This document shows, in pieces, positions 1 through 13,466 of a DNA stretch of 64,000 bases (position 1 is the first letter of the stretch; each line of letters starts with the position of its first letter). The stretch is from Eledone cirrhosa (taxonomy: Eukaryota), in NCBI GenBank assembly GCA_964016885.1, contig CAXHJY010000093.1, positions 62,001 to 126,000 on the forward strand. Reading direction: 5' to 3'. Both the position numbers and the translations under genes were made by a program. Under the pieces are notes generated by a model that had not been told where the DNA came from, made no database searches, and was given only the letters and a program-made list of their open reading frames with translations.

Positions 1-480
1 CCCATGTGGCCCTCAGACAATACATATGTAACCCATGTGGCCCTCAGACAACACATATGTGGCCCATGTGGCCCTCAGACAATACATATGTGACGCATGT
101 GGCCCTCAGACGACATATGTGGCCCTCAGACAACACATATGACCCATGTGGCCCTCAGACAATACATATGTGACCCATGTGGCCCTCAGACAACATATGT
201 GACTCATGTGGCCCTCAGACAACACATATGTGACGCATGTGGCCCTCAGACAATACATATATGACCCATGTGGCCCTCAGACAATACATATATGACCCAT
301 GTGGCCCTCAGACAACACATATGTGACCCATGTGGCCCTCAGACAATACATATGTGATCCATGTGGCCCTCAGACAACACATGTGACGCATGTGGCTCTC
401 AGACGACATATATGACCCATGTGGCCCTCAGACAATACATATATGACCCATGTGGCCCTCAGACAATACATATGTGGCCC
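1..480. repeat. Minisatellite, ~29-31 bp unit
   Basis: gacccatgtggccctcagacaatacatat(gt) in tandem. Confidence 0.95.
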
Positions 481-895
481 TCGAGGGACCCTAGTTTGAC
501 ATACCTGGGCTCTATACTGCCATATATAATTGCTCTGTCTGTGGTAGTGTGACTATCTGGGTGTATAGGAACTGATCCTTACATACTTGTGGGTGGATAT
601 TTGCTGGGATCTGAGGGAAACTATTCCCCCCCCCCCAAAAAAAAAACCCTGAACACCATTGAAGATAACAATGGAAGGGGACCATTCCTATCTTCATTGA
701 GCGGCAGGTTGTTGTGTCTGTGTGTATATAAACAGCAAGAGAGACTTCCAATATAAATACATGTGTATGTATGTGTGTATGTATGTGTGTATGCATATAT
801 AACCAACAACAGCAAGAGAGAGTTCCACTGTAAATACATGTATGTATGTATGTGTATATAACCAACAGCAAGAGAGTTACACTGTAAATACATGT

Positions 896-934
<39 letters not shown>

Positions 935-1204
935 ACCAACAGCAAGAGAGAGTTCCACTATAAATACATGTGTGTATGTATGTGTGTATGTATATATATA
1001 ACCAACAGCAAGAGAGTTCCAGTGTAAATATATGTGTGTGTGTGTGTGTGTGTGTGTTAGGATGAAATAATAACAGCTAAACTATCAGATTTAAGCCGGG
1101 GTGTCTGCCTTTGAAACCCGACACACCGGATGATGGAACACATGATACCAGTCATATGTTGGTAAGGAAGGAAATGTATTTAAACCTTCTGTAGGTGTCT
1201 TGGA

Positions 1205-1385
1205 TGGGAGTCGGGGTGTTGGGGTGGAACGGGGTGTCGGGGTGTCTTGTATGAGGGTTGGGGTAGAATGGGGTCTTGTATGGGGGTTGGGGTAGAATGG
1301 GGTCTTGTATGGGGGTTGGGGTAGAATGGGGTCTTGTATGGGGGTTGGGGTAGAATGGGGTCTTGTATGGGTGTCGGGGTGGAAA
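1205..1385. repeat. G-rich minisatellite, 29-bp unit
   Basis: gggggttggggtagaatggggtcttgtat in tandem. Confidence 0.9.
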
Positions 1386-2104
1386 ACACTTCCTTGAACA
1401 CTTACAAACATTTCACTCTGATGAGAGAAAAAACTGTGGGGCACTACACATTAATAGCATATGAATACATTTATGTACACACAAACATATGTACATGTAC
1501 ACACACACATATATATGTGCATGTACACAGACACTCACACACACATATATGTACATGTACACACACACACACCTATGCACATGTACACACACACGCATAC
1601 TCACACACATTAAGAGCAAAAACAAATATTTCATCATTTTCTGCAAAGCCAGTCGTAAAATCACTCAGTATTCAAATGAGGTTAATCAGCCATTGTATAC
1701 ATTTGAGAATACTATATATTCTCAGCAGGTGGCAGTGACAAGAGAATACAGTTTCGATAAGGTACAAAAACTCTGAAACAATTGTCAATTCTTTTCTCTC
1801 AGCTACTACTGGAACAAAAGATGACATTTGTGATCTAACACATATGGTGTTAGTGAGGCTGTTTATTTGCAAACAAACCAAATATTAATAATCGTTTCTA
1901 CTTTTGGCACGAGGCCAGCAATCATCCCAGTACATTACTGGTACTTTATTTTATCGACCCCGTAAGGATGAATATCAATAATACTATGATATTATTCACT
2001 CATGAAAACATTTTGGTATCCACCATGTTAAGAGCAAAAACAAATTTTGTTATATATATATATATATAAAAAACATTATATATATATATATACACATATA
2101 TATA

Positions 2105-2360
2105 TAATCTGGTTCTCCCATGCTTGCATGGGTTGGATGGGTCCTTCTCAGCACAGCATCTCTCCACTGCCCATATTTCTTCTTCATCTCCTCACCACCT
2201 CTGCCGAGGTCTTTATTGATCTACCTCTACTGCAGCTTCCTTCCTCCCACAGAGATTACTTGGCATTTTTTCACTCAGCAGTTACCAACCATGTGCATCA
2301 CATGTCGATACCAACAGAGTCTCCTCTCTTGTACACCTCTTCTAATTCCTCTTATATAAT
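2105..2360 (-). mobile_element. RTE-clade LINE 3' fragment
   Basis: Minus strand IRGIRRGVQERRLCWYRHVMHM...RGRSIKT (degenerate RRLRWYGHVxRM/GRPxKTW), plus tail cccatgcaagcatgg. Confidence 0.7.
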
Positions 2361-3230
2361 ATATTGAGGTTAAGTGTTTGCTATGTCCTTCCCGACACTT
2401 CCTCTGCAATAGAGTCAATCTTGTTAAGATTACACCACTGACATTGTTTGTCTACAGTGGTAGCTGATCACATCTAATGCTCATGTGCATGTATGTATGT
2501 GTGTGTGTGTATATATATATATGTGTATGTATGTATATATGTGTATGTGTGTGTATATATATGTGTGTGTGTGTGTGTCTGTGTGTGTGTGTCAGTGTGT
2601 GTTTTTTACTCACAGAAATATAAATATACACACACACCACACACACAGATATATACACACACTAGTGGCTTGTGTGTCAGTGTGTACCTTGTCAGTGTGT
2701 GTGTGTGTACGTGTTTAGTGTGTACGTGTTTAGTGTGTGTATGTCAGTGTGTACGTGTTTAGTATGTGTGTGTCAGTGTGTACGTGTTTAGTATGTGTGT
2801 GTCAGTGTGTACGTGTTTAGTATGTGTATGTCAGTGTGTACGTGTTTAGTATGTGTATGTCAGTGTGTACGTGTTTAGTATGTGTGTGTATGTGTGTGTC
2901 AGTGTGTACGTGTTTAGTATGTGTGTCAAACAATTGTATTAAATAACAGTACAAACAAAATATTGAATGATTATAAGTACTTGTAGATTGCTTGTGAGTG
3001 TATTAGTGTGTCAGTGGATGTGTTAGTGTGTCGGTAGGTGTGACTGTGTGTTGGTAGGTGTCAGTGTCAGTGTCAGTGTCATTATGTGTGGGTCTGTGTA
3101 TGTCAGTAGGTGTATCAGTATGTGTATGTGTGCAAACATTTAAATTATACATACTTTTACACACACACACTCATGATTACACAAGCCACACATGTATTTA
3201 TATACACATTTACATGGTGTGTGTATATAT

Positions 3231-3262
<32 letters not shown>

Positions 3263-3653
3263 GTATGTATATATATATGTATGTATGTATATATATATAC
3301 ACACACACCCACACTTAGCAAGAAGTAGAACAGCTGAGAGAGATTCATTCAGTAAATTATTTAGGTCAGTGAAATGACCTCAAGTTTAATCAGTGGACAT
3401 TCTCTACATTCTCAATGTAGTCTCAACTCATGAATTGTGTGTGGGTGTGTGGGTGGGTGTGTCTGTCTGTGTGTGTGTGGGTGGAGGTTTCTTTTTGCAT
3501 GTGTGGGAGTGTGTGTGGATGCTTGTGTGTGTTTATATATATATATGCATATATATGTATATGTATGTAAAAGGTAAACAGAAATATCAACACAATCGGT
3601 ACAGTATATGGAAGGGATATATTAGGTTAACGCTTGATATAGCAGGAGGAAGG

Positions 3654-3689
3654 TCTTAACGTTTCGGACTCTAGTCTTTCATCAGAAGA
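3654..3689 (-). ncRNA. Minimal type-I hammerhead ribozyme motif (family A)
   Basis: Minus strand: tctt-CTGATGA-A-AGAC taga GTCC-GAAA-CGT-T-aaga. Stem I tctt/aaga, palindromic ACGT helix III, A.C mismatch at the stem II closing pair. A ~85-nt tail shared with 48023-48112 runs into TA-rich microsatellite. Confidence 0.75.
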
Positions 3690-3966
3690 AAGAATGAGAA
3701 ATAAGATAGATTGAGGGGACGGGTGGGGTGGAATTGGAAAAAAGTCTTTAGATAAAAATAATAGGTCCATTAATGTTGACATCTCTAACGAAGGAAGTGT
3801 GGTAAGGAACCAGGTGGACCATAACGCACCAGAGTACTCAATACTTAGGGTAGTAAAGTGGGAAATAGGAAATAGTTCAAGACCCCGATGGCAGAGCTCA
3901 AGCCGTTTCGGCGGCTATTTCTGGACTGAAATAGCCGTGGAAACGGTTTGAGCTCTTGAACATTTT

Positions 3967-4039
<73 letters not shown>

Positions 4040-4225
4040 CGAAGGAAATGTGGTAAGGAACCAGATGGACCATAACGTACCAAAGTACTCAATATTTAGG
4101 GTAGTAGAGTGGGTAATAGGAACGAGTAGGACCCCGACGGCTGAGCTGAAGCCGTTTCGACGGCTAATTCGGGGTCCTACTCGTTCCTATATATATATAT
4201 ATACATATATATATATACATTTTCC

Positions 4226-4273
<48 letters not shown>

Positions 4274-4324
4274 TGCTTATATGTAAACAGTCTAAGTATT
4301 TTCTCAAACATAACACAGATATTT

Positions 4325-4500
4325 CTGGACACAGTTTGGCAGAATGGTTAATGAGTTCACTTTGCAATCAATCATAAGGTGCTGGGTTCAATTCCAGGGT
4401 ATGTAATCTAGAGCAAGTGTCATTTACCATAGCCTCAGGTCAGCCCAAGCCTTGTCAGTGACATTTGGTAGACAGAAACTGCATGGAAGCCTGTCAGATA
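4325..4500 (+). mobile_element. tRNA-derived SINE, family 2
   Basis: tggcagaatggttaa...gggttcaattcc, body gcaagtgtc..atagcct..agccttgt..gtagacagaaact. A decayed minus-strand relative lies at ~23250-23385. Confidence 0.7.
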
Positions 4501-5107
4501 GACTGTAACTGTAATTTGAAGTGCCAGCTTTGTGACATGCTGAATCTCCCTTAGAATTACGTTAAAGGTACACGTGTCTGTAGAATGCTCAGCCACTTAT
4601 ACTATAATACACAATGGACTGCAACTGTAATTCAAAAGGCCAGTTTTGACACAGTGTGTCATGTTGGATTTCCCTGAGAATTATGTTATGGGTTCACATG
4701 TCTGTGGAATGCTCAGCCACTTACCTGTTAATTTCATGAGCAGGCTGTTCTGTCTACCAAACAACTAGAACACAGGTTCATTCCATTCTCCATCTTTACA
4801 TACTGAGTCTGTTCTTTCTAAATATTTCAGAAACATATACACACATCTCATTATTACATATAAAAGATATACATCATCATCATCGTTTAACGTCCATCTT
4901 CCACGCTAGCATGGGTAGGACGGTTGACCCTTAGGGAGAGAATCAATCAGGGGACCATGTTTAGCTCATATATAAAAACAAACACACACAAGACACATGC
5001 TTCACTTTGGTTTCATGCTGTTGAGTAGATGAGAGATGAAATTCTTCCTGGATAAATTCTAGGTCTTCCCCCACCATAACTAATATTCCTAGATTATCTA
5101 CAATTAT

Positions 5108-5303
5108 GTGGCGGTGGATTGGCAGTATCGGTAGAGAGTCGGACACCATGCTTTGCAGCAAAGAGTTACGGCCCTTTATGATCTGAGTTCAAATCCCGCC
5201 GAGGTTAACTTTGCCTTTCATCTTTACAGGGTCGATAAAATATAAAATAAAGTACCAGTAATACACTGGCATAATTGTTGGCCTTGTGCCAAAAATAGAT
5301 ACA
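5108..5303 (+). mobile_element. tRNA-derived SINE, family 1
   Basis: A-box-like tggcagtatcggtag, B-box gagttcaaatcc, body gccgaggttaactttgcctttcatc..gtcgataaaa..gtaccag. 15-bp TSD attatctacaattat at 5093-5107 and 5304-5318. Confidence 0.9.
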
Positions 5304-5349
5304 ATTATCTACAATTATATTGGTTGTCTAATAAACATGCTATCACAGC

Positions 5350-6200
5350 AGCTGAAAAGTTGTATTTAAGCCCGATGGATGTAACAAATATATTGTTGAT
5401 GGCATGATTTGATCCATTGACTCTTCATTCAGAGAATCTGTACAGTGTATAGAGACAAGCTTTGTATGTTCAACTCTGGTTAGTCATTAATGATTTAACG
5501 TTTTAGCTAGCTTGACCTTTCATGTGTTAGTTTATATAGCAACCCATTATACAGCCAACACTCACCTCTATGCCAACAATGGCATTATTGTTCCTTAATC
5601 TATTCTTGCTGCAGTAGCCACAGTAATGGTGACTACTTCAAATTTCTATTAGTTTCTGACCCACATTACTGACAGTGTTATAACATAAAACAATATTTGT
5701 GACCACAGTTACCTGTGGCATGGCAAAGGTTAAAATTTGAAGACACTGTGAACCATTCACCTTTAGTAGTGTTTATGTTCATCTTAAATTGCTTGTGTTT
5801 CTGTGTAATCAATGACTTCATAATTCTATTAAAGCGTCTGTTAGCTGAAAGAACTACCATTAATATGATATAATGTTTGGTTAGGTAGTAAAATGTTAAC
5901 CCAGTCTTTCAGAAGAACCCCCATGTGTGTGTCGGTAGATGGTTGTGGTGTGGAGCGGGTAATTAATTTTATTTTCTCTAATGTTTGGTAGATAAGTGGC
6001 ATCTCTTCTTCTTGGAGAAGATTGTAATCTAAGGAAGGTGGAGATGGTTAGTTTATTCAAATTCTCTGTAAGTGTTGGTAGATGAGGGTAAGATAGATGT
6101 GAGATATGCCCCTGGATAGCAAGCTAATCCCCAAACAGTAATGTAGAATCAAGTCCATTATAAGTGTCTAGCCTAGAGCCACCATGAAACATTTGCTGTT
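5350..6200 (-). mobile_element. Highly decayed Penelope-like element ORF remnant (linker plus GIY-YIG endonuclease)
   Basis: Frameshifted minus-strand pieces in the expected order: LTLIYQHL..YNLLQEE, TKGEWFTVSSNFNLCHATGN..YCF..HC, VG(Q/E)TNRNLK, QWIK, LHPSGLN. These resemble the PLE endonuclease motifs FTCxSxNxIYxIxCxxC..YVGET..ExxWI..PxGLN. Confidence 0.5.
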
Positions 6201-6317
6201 AGTCTAAATATCTCATGTAAATCTAATGTAAATATATGTCTCCTTAACCCCCATGTGGCTTTTAAACACTGTAGCTTTGATTTGGTTTCATACATAATGT
6301 TAGGTGGGAGGATAAAT

Positions 6318-6376
<59 letters not shown>

Positions 6377-6504
6377 CTATCTATCTCATTCTCTCTCTCT
6401 CTCTCTCTCTCCCTATGTATGTCTCTCATCTTATTCTCTCTCTCATCTGTCTCCCATCTCTCTATCTTTCTCTCTCCATATGTGTGTCTCTTATTCTCAC
6501 TCTC

Positions 6505-6559
<55 letters not shown>

Positions 6560-6766
6560 GAAGCACCAGTCTCCCCTTTAAGTTAATACAGAAGAACACC
6601 TAGTTAACTAGGTACATAACTGTGGACCAATAAAATAAAATACCAGTAATGCACTGGTGTCAATTTAATCACCCCCCCCCCCTAAAATTGTTGTCCTTAT
6701 GTCTCTATCAGAAACCATTATAATGCAGATATTTATCTATATATTCCTTTTAAATCTCTCTTCCAG

Positions 6767-6952
6767 ACCCTCCAAATTGATGACAATTACTGTGGAACTC
6801 TAGATATTAATACACCAATAGCTGGTACTGTACCAGTGGAGGTTCTCATTACACAGGAATTCCCTTCCATTATAGCTTCTGCTGTAGCCGTATCGGTAAC
6901 TTATGATTATACTGTGGCTTTCATTGGAACTACCGTTGGAACCATTATCAAA
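6767..6952 (+). CDS. PlexB: Plexin internal coding exon (Sema domain, C-terminal part), 62 codons, phase 0/0
   Basis: Acceptor tctctcttccag| and donor |gtaagt bound a stop-free 186-bp frame: TLQIDDNYCGTLDINTPIAGTVPVEVLITQEFPSIIASAVAVSVTYDYTVAFIGTTVGTIIK. This matches the plexin Sema motif IDDxFCGxDxNxPxxG...TVxFxGTxxGxxxK. From recalled alignments it is closest to invertebrate PlexB-type plexins; the A vs B assignment needs a phylogeny. Confidence 0.9.
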
Positions 6953-7030
6953 GTAAGTACAGAGTTTTTAAATTTTATTTTATTGTCAGTCTTGAAATTT
7001 TAATTTGGGATCTGAAAAATAATAGTTTAA

Positions 7031-7226
7031 ACCTTTAGCATTTACATTACCCTATATTTACTATTGTATTTTCATAATATCGAATCTGCAAGATTTTGAT
7101 ATTATTTATTTTGAGAACAATACCTTAACATAAGTATGAGCTGCCAGTTACAGCTGGTTTGAACAGAAAGAGGTGAGAGAATTCTGGCTGGATATGGCGG
7201 CCGGTTTAAAATTGAATGCTAAAGGG
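7031..7226. mobile_element. piggyBac-like MITE
   Basis: TTAA|acctttagcatt...aatgctaaaggg|TTAA. Homologous copies at 54711-54930 and 34937-35095. Confidence 0.8.
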
Positions 7227-7310
7227 TTAAGCTCTCATTCCATCCTGTAAAGTGCCACCTGCTGGTGACATGATAGAAAGTACTCGCTCCACCCAGTAAG
7301 GGGGTAATAA

Positions 7311-7368
<58 letters not shown>

Positions 7369-7893
7369 TTATCATCACTTAATGTCCATTCTCTCTGTTA
7401 GTGTGAGTATATGTAAATATGAATATGAAAGTGGAACACTGGACATAAAATGATGACGATGATGATGATGATGATGATGATGCATATATAACTCTAAATG
7501 TGTGTGGGTGTGTGTATGTTTGAGGTTGTGTCAACATGAAATATGATTTTGCATGTTATATAAGTGTTGCACAAACAGAGAAAGATAAACATGAGACAAA
7601 AATCTTGCTGCAAGCAAGTTGAAGTCTGGTTTGAACAATTGTCTTACATGCAAGGGACACCTGTTTTGTTAAAAGCTTCGCTGACTTCTCATCAATAGCA
7701 TCAGTCTTAAATTGCATTGGAAATGTTGCTAGAGGAGGTGGGGTGGATAATAAGGCAGGAAAAGGTGAGATGTTATAACCTAGGTGAAAACTAAAGTGCT
7801 TACTACAACTGTTTGATTCCTTTTCTTTCTTATTTTCTTCTAAATTACCCAGAGACGTGTAAAAACAGCGCAGCATTAAATATATGTTATGTA

Positions 7894-7927
<34 letters not shown>

Positions 7928-8499
7928 AGTACGTATGAAGTAGTGTATGTATATATGTAGTGTGTATGTATGTGTGTAGTGTATATAGCAGTATGTATGC
8001 AGTGTATATTAAAGCACCTCGAGATGAACAGAGGGGTTAGAGTGGTGGGGGTTGTGAGAGCAATGTTGGCGGGGGGGGGGGCAAGGTAATTGATGGTGTG
8101 GTGAAGAAGAAAGAAAGAGGGTAATGGTTAGATTAGTGGGTTTCTTTATTTTTCTCTTTTTTTTTTAATGTGAGATTTGCTGTAATTTGCTTGAAACCTG
8201 TTTGTTTCCCTCTCTGAAAAATAACGGCTCTATCATTAATACCATCATCATCACCATCACCATCACCACCTTCATCATTACCATCATCATCACCATCATC
8301 ATCACCATCATCATCATCATCACCATCATCATCATTACCATCATCATCACCACCATCATCATCACCATCATCATCACCATCATCATCATCACCATCATCA
8401 TCACCATCATCAGAAAAATAAAAATAAAATGAGATAAAACTATCCACAGAAAATGGAGAAAACATGTTTTTTTCTTCTTCTCTCCTTCCTCCTGTACAT

Positions 8500-9330
8500 C
8501 ATCATCATCATCATCATCATCATCACCATCACCATTACTGTGTTAGTACCATCAGATCATCACCATCACCATCACCATTACTGTGTTGGCACCATCAGAT
8601 CATCATCATCACCATCACCATCACCATTACTGTGTTAGCACCATCAGATCATCATCATCACCATCACCATCACCATTACTGTGTTGGCACCATCAGATCA
8701 TCATCATCACCATCACCATCACCATTACTGTGTTGGCACCATCAGATCATCATCATCACCATCACCATCACCACTACTGTGTTGGCACCATCAGACCATC
8801 ACCATCACCATTACCACTATTGTGTTAGCACCATCAGATCATCATCATCACCATCACCATTACCACTATTGTGTTAGCACCATCAGATCATCATCATCAC
8901 CATCACCATCACCACTATTGTGTTGGCACCATCAGATCATCATCATCACCATCACCACTACTGTGTTGGCACCATCAGACCATCACCATCACCATTACCA
9001 CTATTGTGTTAGCACCATCAGATCATCATCATCACCATCACCATCACCACTACTGTGTTGGCACCATCAGACCATCATCATCACCATTACCACTATTGTG
9101 TTAGCACCATCAGATCATCATCATCACCATCACCATCACCACTACTGTGTTGGCACCATCAGACCATCACCATCACCATTACCACTACTGTGTTGGCACC
9201 ATCAGATCATCATCATCACCATCACCATTACCACTACTGTGTTGGCACCATCAGATCATCATCATCACCATCACCATTACCACTACTGTATTGGCACCAT
9301 CAGATCATCATCATCACCATTGTCATTCAA
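8500..9330. repeat. Minisatellite, ~43-49 bp unit built on (CAT/CAC)n
   Basis: ctgtgttggcaccatcagatcatcatcatcaccatcaccatcaccatta in tandem. Confidence 0.95.
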
Positions 9331-9432
9331 TGTTGTCATACCAACCAATTTCTGTTTACCATCAAATAATGTTTATTTTGTGTCCTCCTGTCTCTTGAAA
9401 ACTGGCCATTTATAGTTGGTTTGCTGGTGTCA

Positions 9433-9500
<68 letters not shown>

Positions 9501-9767
9501 ACTCCAAACAAGCCCACCTCCACCCATCACAGCCAATAATCCTAACCTCAATCAGGTCAGCAGTTTTCGGAAAACAACACTGCAGGTGTTTGAAAATTGT
9601 TCTTGGTCTCTCTCTCTCTGCCCCTCTCTCTGTCTCTCTCTGTCTCTCTCTCTCTCTCTCTCTTCTATAAATAGGTGCATGTTAAACATTACTTATATAT
9701 ATATATATATCATCATCATCATCGTTTAACATCTATCTTCCATGCTACATGCTAACATGTATATATA

Positions 9768-9840
<73 letters not shown>

Positions 9841-9937
9841 TGTTTAGGTTGAATTCTTATCTGATTGCAAATCTTGTAAATTGTGTTTTCTTTTTCATAG
9901 TTGCATATTTTTCTTTATATCTTGGTATTTTTATTAA

Positions 9938-10125
9938 CCTCTCAGCAGCCATAGCTGTGACATGGAAGGTTTTAAAAACAAACTTTACTTCTCTTAAAAA
10001 CCAAAGCTAGATAGTGGTTTACAAATCTGTTTCTTATAGTAAAGAATTTATATGCTATCTAATGCGTGTGTGTGTACCTATATGTTATAATGTAAGGGTT
10101 ATAGAAAGATATGCCAGACTGAGGG
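9938..10125. mobile_element. Possible piggyBac-like MITE
   Basis: TTAA|cctctcag...ctgaggg|TTAA; only short imperfect TIRs. Confidence 0.45.
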
Positions 10126-10139
10126 TTAAGTAGTATTAA

Positions 10140-10418
10140 AATAATAATAATATTGAAATTATTGTGTACAGTGTTCAGGTGCACTACAACTCATGAAAGG
10201 TGTATGTATAGTACATAGAATAATATACAAATGTCAGGAAAATGAACAGTATATGAGTCATGATATACATGTGTGTGTGTGTGTGTGTGTGTGTATGGAG
10301 GGGGAATATCAGGTGTAGTGTTGGCGAATCTCAGGAAGTATGGAGGTTTTAAAGGATGCAGTGTCTCAACAGCTAACAACTGATGCAGGTAGTTTGTTCC
10401 ATGCTTCATCAACTCTGA
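10140..10418 (-). mobile_element. CR1/L2-clade LINE 3' fragment
   Basis: Minus strand RVDEAWNKLPASVVSC*DTASFK (the WNxLP...FK C-terminal motif), 3' UTR and (ATT)n tail. Confidence 0.7.
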
Positions 10419-11357
10419 TAAATCAGGGCTGTGTATGTGGTAGTTATAGAAAGACATCCTAAACTAAGGGTTTTAGTCAGTGTTTAGTGAATGGTTAGTA
10501 ATATTAAATTAGTAAATCAGGGCTGTGTGTGTGGTAATTATAGAAAGACATCCTAAACTAAGGGTTTTAGTCAGTGTTTAGTGAATGGTTAGTAATATTA
10601 AATTAGTAAATCAGGGCTGTCTATGTGGCAATTATAGAAAGACATCCTAAACTAAGGGTTTTAGTCAGTGTTTAGTGAATGGTTAGTAATATTAAATTAG
10701 TAAATCAGGGCTGTCTATGTGGTAGTTATAGAAAGACATCCTAAACTAAGGGTTTTAGTCAGTGTTTAGTGAATGGTTAGTAATATTAAATTAGTAAATT
10801 AGGGCTGTGTATGTGGTAGTTATAGAAAGACATCCTAAACTAAGGGTTTTAGTCAGTGTTTAGTGAATGGTTAGTAATATTAAATTAGTAAATCAGGGCT
10901 GTGTGTGTGGTAGTTATAGAAAGACATCCTAAACTAAGGGTTTTAGTCAGTGTTTAGTGAATGGTTAGTAATATTAAATTAGTAAATCAGGGCTGTGTGT
11001 GTGGTAGTTATAGAAAGACATCCTAAACTAAGGGTTTTAGTCAGTGTTTAGTGAATGGTTAGTAATATTAAATTAGTAAATCAGGGTGTCTATGTGGTAG
11101 TTACAGAAAGACATCCTAAACTAAGTGTTTTAGTCAGTGTTTAGTGAATGGTTAGTAATATTAAATTAGTAAATCAGGGTTGTGTATGTAGTAGTTATAG
11201 AAAGACATCCTAAACTAAGGGTTTTAGTCAGTGTTTAGTGAATGGTTAGTAATATTAAATTAGTAAATCAGGGCTGTCTATGTGGTAGTTATAGAAAGAC
11301 ATCCTAAACTAAGGGTTTTAGTCAGTGTTTAGTGAGTATTTAGTAATATTAAATCAT
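10419..11357. repeat. Minisatellite, 94-bp unit, ~10 copies
   Basis: taaatcagggctgtg...gttagtaatattaaattag with period 94 (10419, 10513, ...). Confidence 0.95.
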
Positions 11358-11516
11358 GTTCATATATTTGTGTCCTTTACTAGTTTTAGTCATTAGCCTA
11401 TGATGTAGGGACACTATCTTCGAAGAGTATAATTGTTCATATTGACCCAGTATTGACTCATCCTTACCTTATTGATCCCTAAAGCTGAAAGGCAGAGTTA
11501 ACCTGGCCTGTATTTC

Positions 11517-13297
11517 ACCTTGACCACCATAGTATTACTATATTTCAGTACAGTATATATATAACCTTGACCACCATAGTATTACTATATTTCAGTACAG
11601 TATATATATAACCTTGACCACCATAGTATTACTATATTTCAGTACAGTTTATATATAACCTTGACCACCATAGTATTACTATATTTCAGTACAGTATATA
11701 TATAACCTTGACCACCATAGTGTTACTATATTTCAGTACAGTATATATATAACCTTGACCACCATAGTATTACTATATTTCAGTACAGTATATATATAAC
11801 CTTGACCACCATAGTATTACAATATTTCAGTACAGTATATATATAACCTTGACCTCCATAGTATTACTATATTTCAGTACAGTATATATATAACCTTGAC
11901 CACCATAGTGTTACTATATTTCAGTACAGTATATATATAACCTTGACCACCATAGTGTTACTATATTTCAGTACAGTATATATATAACCTTGACCACCAT
12001 AGTGTTACTATATTTCAGTACAGTATATATATAACCTTGACCACCATAGTGTTACTATATTTCAGTACAGTATATATATAACCTTGACCACCATAGTGTT
12101 ACTATATTTCAGTACAGTTTATATATAACCTTGACCACCATAGTATTACTATATTTCAGTACAGTATATATATAACCTTGACCACCATAGTGTTACTATA
12201 TTTCAGTACAGTATATATATAACCTTGACCACCATAGTGTTACTATATTTCAGTACAGTATATATATAACCTTGACCACCATAGTGTTACTATATTTCAG
12301 TACAGTATATATATATAACCTTGACCACCATAGTGTTACTATATTTCAGTACAGTATATATATAACCTTGACCACCATAGTATTACTATATTTCAGTACA
12401 GTATATATATAACCTTGACCACCATAGTGTTACTATATTTCAGTACAGTATATATATAACCTTGACCACCATAGTGTTACTATATTTCAGTACAGTATAT
12501 ATATAACCTTGACCACCATAGTGTTACTATATTTCAGTACAGTATATATATAACCTTGACCACCATAGTGTTACTATATTTCAGTACAGTATATATATAA
12601 CCTTGACCACCATAGTATTACTATATTTCAGTACAGTATATATATAACCTTGACCACCATAGTGTTACTATATTTCAGTACAGTATATATATAACCTTGA
12701 CCACCATAGTGTTACTATATTTCAGTACAGTATATATATAACCTTGACCACCATAGTGTTACTATATTTCAGTACAGTATATATAAAACCTTGACCACCA
12801 TAGTGTTACTATATTTCAGTACAGTATATATATAACCTTGACCACCATAGTGTTACTATATTTCAGTACAGTATATATATAACCTTGACCACCATAGTGT
12901 TACTATATTTCAGTACAGTATATATATAACCTTGACCACCATAGTGTTACTATATTTCAGTACAGTATATATATAACCTTGACCACCATAGTGTTACTAT
13001 ATTTCAGTACAGTATATATAACCTTGACCACCATAGTGTTACTATATTTCAGTACAGTATATATATAACCTTGACCACCATAGTATTACTATATTTCAGT
13101 ACAGTATATATATAACCTTGACCACCATAGTATTACTATATTTCAGTACAGTATATATATAATCTTGACCACCATAGTGTTACTATATTTCAGTACAGTA
13201 TATATATAACCTTGACCACCATAGTGTTACTATATTTCAGTACAGTATATATATAACCTTGACCACCATAGTATTACTATATTTCAGTACAGTATAT
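11517..13297. repeat. Minisatellite, 47-bp unit, ~38 copies
   Basis: aaccttgaccaccatagt(g/a)ttactatatttcagtacagtatatatat in tandem. Confidence 0.97.
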
Positions 13298-13430
13298 GTA
13301 GAATTGGTTTTGTTATTGTAAACTGTGTAAGAAGACAATGTTTCTTTTGTTATGTTGAAGGGTGAAAGACCATGGTTAGAGCTTGACAGGGGGCAGGGGA
13401 ACAGAAATTTAGATATATCCCCCCTCCCTC

Positions 13431-13466
<36 letters not shown>

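Noticed and set aside
10419-13297. CRISPR-like regular arrays (also 1-480, 27083-27542, 43606-44105)
   Set aside because: Pure tandem repeats with no unique spacers, no cas genes, and a eukaryotic context.
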